From: Pseudomonadota bacterium
Lineage (GTDB): Bacteria > Pseudomonadota > Alphaproteobacteria > CACIAM-22H2
Direction: 5' to 3'
Length of the DNA stretch: 64,000 nt
NCBI GenBank assembly: GCA_041178225.1
Contig: JBEGVV010000258.1
Location: 1,514 to 65,513, forward strand
Position numbers and translations under genes: made by a program. Under the pieces are notes generated by a model. That model was not told the origin of the DNA, did not search any database, and saw only the letters and a program-made list of their open reading frames with translations. This document shows positions 30,910-39,839 of the stretch, in pieces (within the stretch, counting starts at the first letter, position 1; the number at the start of each line of letters is the position of its first letter).

Positions 30910-32045
30910 CGCCCATGTTCATCGACGCGGAGTTCGACGGCGGCAACATCGAGGTGCTCGACGCCTCGGTCCCGGGCCTCGCGAGGCTGGCGATACGGCC
31001 GGACCGCTTCTCCCACTACTACCAGTGGTTCTGCTTCCGGCTCTCCGGGGCGCGCGGGCGCGAATGCGTCCTGCGGATCGAGAACGCGTCGGGCGCGGGC
31101 TATCCCGCGGGCTGGCGCAACGGCTATCGCGCCGTCGCGTCGACCGACCGCGAGGCGTGGCGCCGCGTGCCGACATCCTATGACGGCACGGCGCTGGAGA
31201 TCCGCCTCGTGCCCGAGGCCGACTGCACCTGGATCGCCTATTTCGCGCCCTACACGCAGGAGCAGCACGACCGCTTCCTCGGGCGCGTGACCGCGGACCC
31301 GCGCGTCGTCCACGAAACCATGGGCCGCAGCCTCGACGGCAGGCCCCTCGACCTGCTGCGCATCGCGACCCCGGGCGCAGGCAAGCGCGTCGCCTGGGTC
31401 ATCGCGCGCCAGCATGCCGGCGAGACGATGGCCTCGTATTTCCTCGAGGGCTTCGTCGGCCGCCTGCTGGAACCGCACGACGAGGTCGCGGCCAACCTGC
31501 TCGACCGCTTCGTCTTCCATGTCGTGCCGAACATGAACCCCGACGGATCGCGGCGCGGTCACCTGCGCTGCAACGCCGCCGGCGTCGACCTGAACCGCGA
31601 ATGGGCCGCGCCCTCGGCCGCGCGCAGCCCGGAGATCCTCCACGTGCGCCAGCGCATGGAGAGGACCGGCGTCGACCTCTTCCTCGACATCCACGGCGAC
31701 GAGGCGACGCCGCACAACTTCCTGATCGGCTCGATGGGCGTGCCCAACCAGACCGAGGGGATGACGCGGCTCTTCCGCGACTACCTCGCCGCGCTCGTCG
31801 CCGCGACGCCGGAGCACCACGCGCATAACGGCAACTGGTCGCGCGATCCCGGCAGCATCAACCTCGCCATCGGCTCTTCATGGGTCGCGAACCGGTTCCG
31901 CTGCCTCGCGATCACGGTGGAGATGCCCTTCGCCGACGAGGACGACACGCCCGATGCCGTCCATGGATGGTCGCCGCTTCGCAGCCACCATCTCGGCCGC
32001 GCGCATCTCGACGCGGTGCGCGCGGTGGCGCCGCGCCTGCGCTGA
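30906..32045 (+). CDS. M14 zinc carboxypeptidase of the cytosolic-carboxypeptidase (CCP/Nna1-like, M14D) type
   Basis: N-domain motif FDGGNIEV, zinc ligand HAGE, NPDG and a later IHGDE. The ATG overlaps the enolase stop (ATGA). Confidence 0.75.
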   Translation: MTPMFIDAEFDGGNIEVLDASVPGLARLAIRPDRFSHYYQWFCFRLSGARGRECVLRIENASGAGYPAGWRNGYRAVASTDREAWRRVPTSYDGTALEIRLVPEADCTWIAYFAPYTQEQHDRFLGRVTADPRVVHETMGRSLDGRPLDLLRIATPGAGKRVAWVIARQHAGETMASYFLEGFVGRLLEPHDEVAANLLDRFVFHVVPNMNPDGSRRGHLRCNAAGVDLNREWAAPSAARSPEILHVRQRMERTGVDLFLDIHGDEATPHNFLIGSMGVPNQTEGMTRLFRDYLAALVAATPEHHAHNGNWSRDPGSINLAIGSSWVANRFRCLAITVEMPFADEDDTPDAVHGWSPLRSHHLGRAHLDAVRAVAPRLR

Positions 32046-32055
32046 GGCGCGTGGC

Positions 32056-35000
32056 TCAGCCGCCGTCGCCGACGACCGAGAAGGGTGCCCAGAAGATCGG
32101 GTGCGCGTAGGAGAACACGGTGCGCCCGCCCTCGACGAAGCCCGGGCCATCGATCAGCGCCAGCATCGCCTGCTGGGCTGCCTTCGCCCGCGCGAGGCCC
32201 GGATCCGCCGCCTGCCGCGCGAAGAGGTCCGTCGTCAGGGCCCGCGCGCTCGTCGTCTCGACCGGCCAGTTCGTCACCAGCAGCGCCCGCGTCCCAGCGT
32301 AGAAGAACGCGCGGCCCAGGCCGGAGACCGCCTCCGCCCCCGCGCCATCGCCCGTCGCCGTGTTGCACGCGCTCAGCACGACCCAGTCCGCATTGAGGCG
32401 CAGCCCCAGTACCTCGTCCATCGTCAGCAGGCCGTCGCCGTCGCTTCCCGCGACCGCCGGCGCCGTCAGCGCCAGCGCGGGCTGCGCCAGTCCGTTCAGG
32501 TCGCCAGGCACCAGGCCATGCGTGGCGAACATCACCACCTTGCGGTCCGAGAGGCTGGCCCCCTTCACGCGCGCCTCGCTCGCCTGCAATCCCAGGAACA
32601 CGTCGGCGGAGGGATCCGCCTTCAGCGCCACCGCGATGCTCCGCACCTCGTCGGCGGTGTCGGGAAGCCGCGGCAGGCTCGCCAGCTCGGCGCTTGCCGA
32701 GGACTGCGTCTGCGGGGCGTTGCGCCGCACCAGCGGCAGGCCTCGCGTCTGCAGCCCGCGGGTCGTCAGCTGGGCCACCTGCGTGCTGCCCGCCGCCGCC
32801 TGCTCGGTGCTGAAATACGGGTCGCCGAAGCCGATGAACGGCTTGCGCGACGCCTCCCCGGGCGCAAGGCGTCGCAACGCCCCCAGCGACGCGACCGACG
32901 GGAGCTGCGTCACCGCCTTCTCGCGCGCGAGGAACGGGACCTGCGCATAGCCGGAGAACAGCGCGCGGCCCTGAGTGTCGGCTGGCGCCGGCACCGCCCG
33001 CGTGACCAGCAGCGAGAACGGGATCTGGCCCAGCGCCTTGTCGGGCACGACCAGCAGGCTCTCCGCCCCGGCCAGCCCCGCCCTCACCGGCGCCAGGAAC
33101 TGCTCGTGCAGGCGATGCGCGAGCGCCACGTCGAAGGCGGGGATGTCGCCAAGCGTCGCCGCGTTCGGGTCAAGCGCGCGGCGCAGCCGGGCGACCGACT
33201 GCGCGATATCCTTCTCGCCGGCGGCGACCGCGGCGAAGGCCGCGGGACCGCTCTTCGGCACGGCCCACACGAAGCTTCGCGCCTGGCCAACGTAGACGCT
33301 CACCAGCGCCTCGCCGGCACGAAGCTGGGACTGCACGTCCTCGACCGTCGCGGGCCGCGGGTCGATCAGGCTCGCGTAGTCCGGGAAGCGCCGCTCGATC
33401 TCCTCGCGCAAGGACGCGCGCGCACGGCGCAGCGTGTCGATGCTCGTGCGCAGCGAAGCCGTCGCGGCCGCGTCCTGCTGGCTCGCCGGGGACGACAGGA
33501 TGTTCGACAGCAAGCCGAACTGCGCCGCGATCTGCTTGCGCGCATCCTGCTCCTGGCGCACCAGCGCCGCGAGGCCGGGGTCGCGGATCCCCGAGCGCGC
33601 CGCGCTCTCCGCCAGAGCGCGCTGCACGCCCTGCGCGCGCGCCGCGTCCGCCACGCGGAACGCCTCGGCCGCCGGGTCGAGGCCACCACCCGCGGAAGCG
33701 GGCAACGAACTCAGGAGGTCGACGTAGCTCTCCAGCACGAAGCGCTGCACGCGCTCGCGCTGCGCGCCGCCCTCCTCGTCCTCGCTCTGCCGCGACACCT
33801 GCAGCAGGACCGGCACCGACGCGCGGAAGCCGGCAAGCGCCTCCTCCCGCTTCCCCGTCGCGGCCTGCGCTGCCGCCAGGATCCCGCGCGACTGGGCCGT
33901 CTCGTAGTGCCGCTCCCCGAAATTGCGCGCGCGCTCGGACGCAAGGCGCTCGGCACTTGCCATGATCGCCGTGGCCCGGCCGGACTCGATCCGGGAGACG
34001 AGAAAGCCGGGCTGGCTCTCGACGCGGCGAAAGCGCTCGTCCGGATCGTCCGCGAACACCGCGAGGGCACGGTCGATCGCCGCATCCGACGCCGCAATGT
34101 CGCCCTCCTCGCGCGCCGCCGAGGCGGAGAGGAGGTTGCCCAAGGCGACGAAGCGCGATCCCTTGAAGACGCCATAGCGGTCGTAGGTCGCGAGGGCGAC
34201 CTCGGCGAGTTGTCGCGACTCGGCGAAACGACGCTGCTCCAGCATGTTGCGGGACAGGTTCAGCGACAGGGCGGCGACGCGAAGGCTGTCGCGCCCGAAG
34301 ACCCGCAGCGCGTGGACGAGGGCACGCCTGAACTCGACCTCGGCCTCCACCAGCCTCCCCTGCATCCGCAGCACGTTGCCGAGCTGCGCGAGGGAGACGA
34401 GGAGCTGGCTGTCCTGGAGGTCGTCGCTGACGTCCGGCACCACCGCCTTGATCGCCTGCCTGTTGGCGAGGTTCCACTGCTCGTTCTCCAGCGCGGCCCG
34501 CGAACTGCGTTCGGCCTCGGCGTAGCGCCCCTCGGCCATCCTGACCTCGGCCTCCGCGCGCAGGATCAGGGCCTCCTGCATTCGGCGAGATGCCTGGTAC
34601 CCGGACGAGCGCTGGTAGCCCGGGTCGGCGAGCGCACGCCTCGCCGCGGCAAGCCCCCGCTCGGCTGCAGCGAGATCCCCTGCCTGGGCGTCAAGGTTAG
34701 CCAGCGACGCCTCGCCCGCCGAGATTGTCCCCATCCGCCCGCTGGCGCGCGCAGCCTGCAGGCGCTTGATGGCGGCGTCATGGGCGTTCCGGGCATTGCC
34801 CACGAAGGACTCTGCCGCCATCAGTTCCTGGTAGGCCCGCGATGTGTCGAGGCGGTTTGCCTCGCCGATCCGCGCGGCCTCGCGCAGATCCCGGACCTGC
34901 CCGTCCACCAGGCCCAGTTCGCCACGCGCCTGCGCGCGCCTGAGGAGGAAGCCGTAGAGCGCGGCGGGCGAGGCACTCGCGGGAGGCTCCGCGCCGCTGG

Positions 35001-35214
35001 CGGCGCTGAGCGCGGCGACGCGCGCCGGGTCCGGGCTGGCCTGGGCGAGCAGCGCCGTGATGTCGCTGATCGTGCGCGGCGGCGGCACGAAGGCCGCCTG
35101 CCCCTGGAACCCGGCCTGGACGCGCCGCGCCTCGTCGAGGGACATGGCCGGCCGCTCGTCCTGGCAGCCGCCCATGGCAAGCAGCCCAAAGATCGCTACG
35201 ACGACGCGCTTCAT
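32056..35214 (-). CDS. Large lipoprotein with N-terminal TPR-like repeats and a C-terminal CHAT (caspase-like) protease domain
   Basis: The start MKRVVVAIFGLLAMGGCQ is a lipobox. The C-terminus has ATHG...VLSACNTATGD...GTRALLVTNWPVE, a CHAT His/Cys dyad region. The upstream 330 aa of the six-frame ORF overlaps the aminotransferase gene and is an artefact. Confidence 0.75.
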   Translation of the reverse strand: MKRVVVAIFGLLAMGGCQDERPAMSLDEARRVQAGFQGQAAFVPPPRTISDITALLAQASPDPARVAALSAASGAEPPASASPAALYGFLLRRAQARGELGLVDGQVRDLREAARIGEANRLDTSRAYQELMAAESFVGNARNAHDAAIKRLQAARASGRMGTISAGEASLANLDAQAGDLAAAERGLAAARRALADPGYQRSSGYQASRRMQEALILRAEAEVRMAEGRYAEAERSSRAALENEQWNLANRQAIKAVVPDVSDDLQDSQLLVSLAQLGNVLRMQGRLVEAEVEFRRALVHALRVFGRDSLRVAALSLNLSRNMLEQRRFAESRQLAEVALATYDRYGVFKGSRFVALGNLLSASAAREEGDIAASDAAIDRALAVFADDPDERFRRVESQPGFLVSRIESGRATAIMASAERLASERARNFGERHYETAQSRGILAAAQAATGKREEALAGFRASVPVLLQVSRQSEDEEGGAQRERVQRFVLESYVDLLSSLPASAGGGLDPAAEAFRVADAARAQGVQRALAESAARSGIRDPGLAALVRQEQDARKQIAAQFGLLSNILSSPASQQDAAATASLRTSIDTLRRARASLREEIERRFPDYASLIDPRPATVEDVQSQLRAGEALVSVYVGQARSFVWAVPKSGPAAFAAVAAGEKDIAQSVARLRRALDPNAATLGDIPAFDVALAHRLHEQFLAPVRAGLAGAESLLVVPDKALGQIPFSLLVTRAVPAPADTQGRALFSGYAQVPFLAREKAVTQLPSVASLGALRRLAPGEASRKPFIGFGDPYFSTEQAAAGSTQVAQLTTRGLQTRGLPLVRRNAPQTQSSASAELASLPRLPDTADEVRSIAVALKADPSADVFLGLQASEARVKGASLSDRKVVMFATHGLVPGDLNGLAQPALALTAPAVAGSDGDGLLTMDEVLGLRLNADWVVLSACNTATGDGAGAEAVSGLGRAFFYAGTRALLVTNWPVETTSARALTTDLFARQAADPGLARAKAAQQAMLALIDGPGFVEGGRTVFSYAHPIFWAPFSVVGDGG

Positions 35215-35300
35215 CGCCCCTCCGCCAAGCACCCCGCTTCCTGAAAATCTAGATTGCGCCGACGGGAGCGAGCAAGGACCTGGGCGACAGGCACCGCTTC

Positions 35301-36230
35301 TCAGCGCGGCAGCCGGTCCAGGTACTGCTTGACGAAATCGCAGCCGACATCGGCGATGTAGGCGTCGGTGAGGCGCTTCGTGACCGGGCCCGGCACCTTG
35401 CCGTCTCCGATCTCCTGCCCGTTGAACCGCCGCACCGGGCAGATGCAGAGGCTGGTCGAGGTCAGGAACATCTCGTCGGCGTTCGCGGCGTCGAAGACGT
35501 CGATGTCGCGCTCGGCGAAGGGGATCCCGCACTTCGCGGCCATGTCGATCGTCATCTGCCGGCTGACACCCGGCAGCACGTAGCGCTCGCTGGGCGTGGA
35601 AAGCTTGCCGTCGCGCACGATGAAGACGTTCGACCCCATGCCCTCGGCAAGGTTGCCATGCGCGTCGAGCAGCACGGCCCAGCCCTCGGGGTCGTGCGCC
35701 TTCACCTGCTGCTCGGCCACGATCATGTTGAGGTAGTTGTGGCTCTTGGCGCGCGGGCTCAGCATGTCCGGCGCGATGCGCCGCGCGGCGGGCGTCCAGA
35801 CGTCGATGCCGTCGCGGTAGAGCCGCGCGCGGCCCTTGAGCGGCAGCGGCGTGCACTCCACCACGACCTGCGGGCCCGTGTCCTCCCAGCCCTCGTCGCC
35901 GATGGCGTCGACGCCGCGGCTGACGCGCTGGCCGATCCACCAGTCGCCCGCCGCCTCGCGCAGGTGCTCGTTGCGCGCGACGATCTCCTCGGAGATGTCG
36001 ATCATCTCCTGCGGCGACATCCCTGGGTCGATGCGCAGGTACTTCATGGACCGGTAGAAGCGGTCGATGTGCTCCTTCAGGCGGAAGGCGCGCCCGTCGA
36101 AGGTGCGCGTCATGTCGAAGGCGCCGTCGCCATACTTCCAGCTGCGGTCGCGGAAGGGGATCAGCACCTGGCCCTCGGGCACGTACTTGCCGTTGAACCA
36201 CGCGATGCGCTGGTTGGCGAGCTGGGACAT
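35301..36230 (-). CDS. Class IV aminotransferase (branched-chain / D-amino-acid aminotransferase family)
   Basis: 309 aa with normal composition and a fold-type IV PLP enzyme pattern. Confidence 0.75.
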   Translation of the reverse strand: MSQLANQRIAWFNGKYVPEGQVLIPFRDRSWKYGDGAFDMTRTFDGRAFRLKEHIDRFYRSMKYLRIDPGMSPQEMIDISEEIVARNEHLREAAGDWWIGQRVSRGVDAIGDEGWEDTGPQVVVECTPLPLKGRARLYRDGIDVWTPAARRIAPDMLSPRAKSHNYLNMIVAEQQVKAHDPEGWAVLLDAHGNLAEGMGSNVFIVRDGKLSTPSERYVLPGVSRQMTIDMAAKCGIPFAERDIDVFDAANADEMFLTSTSLCICPVRRFNGQEIGDGKVPGPVTKRLTDAYIADVGCDFVKQYLDRLPR

Positions 36231-36270
36231 GTCTTCTCCTCGTGTGTGCCGGATGCGCGGGGCGGCGGCG

Positions 36271-37824
36271 TCAGCCGACGACGTAGCCGTAGCGCAGGTT
36301 GCTGGGCTCCGCGCCGTCGCGCAGGTAGCGCTCCTTGAGCGCGGCGAAGGCGTCGTTCCGCCACGCGGCCTTGCGGACGTCGTAGCGATACATGCTGGCC
36401 GAGTTCTCGCCGAAGATCGCGCGCTTCACGGGGCCGTCGGCGGGCCCGAGCGGCGCGAAGCCGTGGCGGCGCTGCATGTCCTCGGGGATCTCGAGGCGGC
36501 GCAACGCCTCGATCTGCCATTGCGGCGAGCCGGTCCAGACCGCGTCCGTGCCCCAGACGACATGGTCCGCGCCGAGCCCCTTCACGAGCATGCCCATGAG
36601 CGCCGCGCAGAGCCGCGGCTCCACGACCGTCGTCTGCGCGAAGATCTGGCCGAGGTCGCCATAGACGTTCGACACGCCCCATTTCGCGGGGATCTCGGCG
36701 AGGTCGGACGTCCACTCGACGCGGCCCGTGCGCTCGAACTGGTCGAGCGCCTTCGCCGCGTTGCCCGCGCCGGTCCAGCGGAAGGCCGAGTGGTAGATGA
36801 CGAAGCGGATCTGCGGCCAGTCGCGCGCGGCGCGGCCGACATCGTCGACCCTGGCGTAGTCGGTCAGGCGCGGGAAGCGCTCCGCCGTCTCCGGCGGGTA
36901 GAGGCCCTTGTGGACGCAGACGATGTCGACGCCCGCCTTAAGCAGCTTCTCGTAGAACGGGTAGACGAGCTTCTCGTCGTCCATCCGCCAGGGCGTGCGC
37001 GCGAGGTGCTTGTTGGTGTTGTCGCCCACCGTGTAGCCCTTCGCCGAATCCGGCTTGTCCTCGGCGAGGCAGCGCTCGGCCTCCTCCAGCCAGCCGTCAT
37101 GGCCGGGCGCGAAGATCATGTGGCTGAGGCAGCGGCGGCTGCCCGCGGCCTGGTTCACCCGCGCGCGCGCGTCGCGCTTCATCTCGTTGGTCAGGAACCA
37201 GTCGCGCCTGTCCTCTGACGGCGAGCCGCTGATCAGCGCCACCTTGGTGTCGCTGTCGAGGAAGACCTCCTTGAACCAGTTCGCGTACTTGAGGTCCTCG
37301 AGCGTCTGCGGCTTGCCCACCAGCGCCGGGTTCCAGCCCGCCCTGCCCACCGCCTCGCGCGCGCGCACGAAGCCCTCGAGCCGCGTGTCGTCGCGCAAGA
37401 AATGCGTGTGCACGTCCATAACGAACTGGTCGCGCAGCTGCGCCAGCCGCTCCTCCGCCGCGCCGGGGACGGCGGCCTCGGCGCGGTCGACGCCGTAGAG
37501 CGGGCCATAGACCTCGTTCATCGCCACGAAGGCCGCCGCCATGCCCGAGGCGCTCCGGAAGAAGCCGCGCCGCGACAGGCCGCGGCGCGCGCCATGCTCG
37601 TCGGCGAGCGCGTTGAGCCGCGCCTCGACCTTGCGCTGCCGCTCGGTCTGCGGGCTCGGCATGAACTCGTCGCTGGAGACGACCTGCACGGGCAGCGGCG
37701 TCGGCGCCGAGGCGTCCTCGGCGGGCGAAAGCGTCGACAGCTCGCGATCGGACAGCATCTTCATCGCCGGCGCTCCTCGATGGGTGGCTGGCGCGAGCAT
37801 GGCCGCGCCACCGGCCGCCGGCAA
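36271..37824 (-). CDS. Amidohydrolase-family (TIM-barrel metal-dependent hydrolase) protein with a Tat-type signal; start codon uncertain
   Basis: A twin-arginine motif SRRGFFRSASGMAAAFVAM is present. Alternative starts lie at M21 and M55 of the ORF. Confidence 0.65.
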   Translation of the reverse strand: MPAAGGAAMLAPATHRGAPAMKMLSDRELSTLSPAEDASAPTPLPVQVVSSDEFMPSPQTERQRKVEARLNALADEHGARRGLSRRGFFRSASGMAAAFVAMNEVYGPLYGVDRAEAAVPGAAEERLAQLRDQFVMDVHTHFLRDDTRLEGFVRAREAVGRAGWNPALVGKPQTLEDLKYANWFKEVFLDSDTKVALISGSPSEDRRDWFLTNEMKRDARARVNQAAGSRRCLSHMIFAPGHDGWLEEAERCLAEDKPDSAKGYTVGDNTNKHLARTPWRMDDEKLVYPFYEKLLKAGVDIVCVHKGLYPPETAERFPRLTDYARVDDVGRAARDWPQIRFVIYHSAFRWTGAGNAAKALDQFERTGRVEWTSDLAEIPAKWGVSNVYGDLGQIFAQTTVVEPRLCAALMGMLVKGLGADHVVWGTDAVWTGSPQWQIEALRRLEIPEDMQRRHGFAPLGPADGPVKRAIFGENSASMYRYDVRKAAWRNDAFAALKERYLRDGAEPSNLRYGYVVG

Positions 37825-37889
37825 CAGGCTTCAGCCGGCCGGGGCCGCCGCGGCGCGCGCGAAGCCGCGCCGGCCCGATGGTCGCGCGG

Positions 37890-38171
37890 TCACTTCGTCT
37901 CGATCTCGACGAAGACGAACTCGGTCTTGTTGGGGTTGGAGACGTCATGCTCGACGCCCGCCTTGCGCGTGTAGCTCACGCCCGCGACGAGGTCGGCGAA
38001 GCGCTCGCCCTGCGCGTCGCGCAGGTGGAGCTTCCCGGTGGTCATCGGCACCACGACGTAGTCGTATTCGTGCCGGTGCCAGCCGGTCGACGCACCTGGC
38101 GCGAAGCGCCACTCGATGACGCGCACGCGGTCGTTGTCGATCTGCAGGGTCGGCACGGCGGCTGTCGTCAT
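37890..38171 (-). CDS. Cupin domain protein
   Basis: 93 aa. WHRHEYDYVVVP and a GVEHDV-type motif give the two cupin motifs. Confidence 0.75.
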   Translation of the reverse strand: MTTAAVPTLQIDNDRVRVIEWRFAPGASTGWHRHEYDYVVVPMTTGKLHLRDAQGERFADLVAGVSYTRKAGVEHDVSNPNKTEFVFVEIETK

Positions 38172-38174
38172 CGG

Positions 38175-38756
38175 TCAGTACCCCTTCGCCTTGAGCTGGA
38201 GCAGGCATCGCTCGAAGCCCGCGAGGTCGGTATAGCGCGCCTCGCGCGGGACGTCGTTCGCCTCCACCTCGAAGCCCGACGAGATCACGCCGCCATCGAG
38301 CATGAGGTTGTCCGCCATGCCCATGCCCTCGATCATCATGCCGTCCGGGTCCTCGTGCACGCCGCTTTCGCGCAGGCGCAGCCGCGCCGCGCCGCCGACC
38401 GATCCGGCGGTGCGCGCGAAGATGTCGCCTGCGACGTTGGTGTAGCCGAGCACCGGCTTTCCCTGGGCGCGCATGTAGCCCATCTCGAAGGCCGTCCCGA
38501 CATCCATCGACGGCCCGCGGAAGGGCGTCATCTGCGCCACGCAGATGTCGCAGGAATCCATCAGCGCGACGTCGGAATGGTAGATGCGCATCGCCTTCTG
38601 GCGCGGCGACAGGTTCGTGAAGTCGAGCACCGCGTCGAAGGGGAAGGCGCCCTCGAAGCCATGCCGCCTGCAGAGCTCCTTCTTGCGCGCCGCCGCCCCG
38701 AGCGCATCGGGCAGGAAGACGTCCGGCCCCGCGAGGTAGATCCTTGGCGTCTTCAA
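38175..38756 (-). CDS. Nucleoside 2-deoxyribosyltransferase-like protein
   Basis: A TTG start is preceded by a GGAGGT ribosome-binding site. The N-terminus reads PRIYLAGPDVF, and there is a conserved acidic motif downstream. Confidence 0.6.
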   Translation of the reverse strand: MKTPRIYLAGPDVFLPDALGAAARKKELCRRHGFEGAFPFDAVLDFTNLSPRQKAMRIYHSDVALMDSCDICVAQMTPFRGPSMDVGTAFEMGYMRAQGKPVLGYTNVAGDIFARTAGSVGGAARLRLRESGVHEDPDGMMIEGMGMADNLMLDGGVISSGFEVEANDVPREARYTDLAGFERCLLQLKAKGY

Positions 38757-38863
38757 CGGTACCTCCACCGGCGGGTCGCGCGGCCTGGCGGGACGCCAGG
38801 CCGGCCGGTGGAGCATCGGGACCGCGGGCGCCCCGGGCAAGGCCCGCGTGGCGCGATCGCCGG

Positions 38864-39634
38864 TCAGGCGGCGCGCAGGCGCCCGCTCCCCAGGGCGGCA
38901 AGCGCGATCGCGGCGCCGAAGAGGGCGAGCGATCCCGGCTCGGGCACCTGGCCGGGCGGCGGGTCGCCGTCGCCGGGATTGCCGAACCCGGGTTCCGTCA
39001 ACGACGTCCCGTATTGGAAGAACAGGCTCTCGGCGTCGATGCTGCCAGCGGCCGAGGGGTCGAAACCCGCTGGCAATCCCGAGAGGGTGAAGACGACCTC
39101 GTTGCGGATCATCGCGTTCGCACCGGTCACCGACGCGTTGCCGGTCGTGGGGTCGTCCGCCGCCGAGGCCAGGCCGTATTGCATCCCGTTCACGCCGACA
39201 GGCCCCTGCAGGTTGGATCCCGGGAAATTGGCGTTGCCGAAGAGGCCGAACCCGGCACTGCTGATGCCGGAATTGGCACCGGACGGAATCACGATCCCCG
39301 TGGCATAGGCCCATTCGCCCCCGACCACGCCGCCCGGGTCGCTGGTGCCGAAGAGCACCGACGACGTGCCCGGGACGATCGCCGAGACCGGCGTCAGGAC
39401 CGGGTTCCCGGCAAGCTTGAAGAATATGGCCGTAAGCAACTGGTCAGGCAGAAGTATATCCGATCCGATATTCCTCAGGCTCACCACGAGGTTCGTCCCC
39501 GAGGCGTCGAACGTGGCGGCGGCGATGCGCAGCCCGTCGGTCCCAAGGAACGACTTTGGCGCGGCATGCGCGCTGCCGCATGCCGCGACGATGCAGATCG
39601 CCGTCGCGGCGGCGGCCCGTCTTCCCGTGTCCAT
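38864..39634 (-). CDS. PEP-CTERM sorting-domain secreted protein
   Basis: Signal peptide MDTGRRAAAATAICIVAACGSAHA. The C-terminus VPEPGSLALFGAAIALAALGSGRLRAA is the PEP motif followed by a TM helix and a basic tail. Confidence 0.85.
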   Translation of the reverse strand: MDTGRRAAAATAICIVAACGSAHAAPKSFLGTDGLRIAAATFDASGTNLVVSLRNIGSDILLPDQLLTAIFFKLAGNPVLTPVSAIVPGTSSVLFGTSDPGGVVGGEWAYATGIVIPSGANSGISSAGFGLFGNANFPGSNLQGPVGVNGMQYGLASAADDPTTGNASVTGANAMIRNEVVFTLSGLPAGFDPSAAGSIDAESLFFQYGTSLTEPGFGNPGDGDPPPGQVPEPGSLALFGAAIALAALGSGRLRAA

Positions 39635-39659
39635 GGCGCGATCTCCTTCGTGTGACCCT

Positions 39660-39839
39660 GGGCTGTGGTTCACGGGAGGGTTCGCAAATGCCGGGCCAGA
39701 TTCGTGGAGTCTCTTTAAATGAATTGAATCAGCACGATGGAAGACTTTCCTAGATCGGGGATCGAGGACATGGAAGATCCGCCGACCCCTCGTGCCAGGG
39801 CCCCGGCAGGCCCGCCCGGACGCAACAGGAGCGCCGCGA
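39660..39839. promoter_or_regulatory. Upstream region of the PEP-CTERM gene with a local AT-rich island
   Basis: The motif tctctttaaatgaattgaatcagcacgatggaagactttcctagatc stands out against a roughly 70% GC background. Confidence 0.3.

Noticed and set aside
32056-35214. TPR-CHAT protein as a type III-E CRISPR Craspase component (Csx29).
   Set aside because: There are no cas genes or CRISPR repeats anywhere in the window. The protein has a lipoprotein export signal, which is incompatible with a cytoplasmic Cas7-11 partner.
32056-36201. The 1381-aa ORF, taken as a single giant protein.
   Set aside because: The upstream 330 aa are Arg-rich and overlap the class IV aminotransferase gene (35301..36230) on the same strand in another frame. 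A lipoprotein signal peptide with an ATG at 35214 marks the real start of the TPR-CHAT protein.
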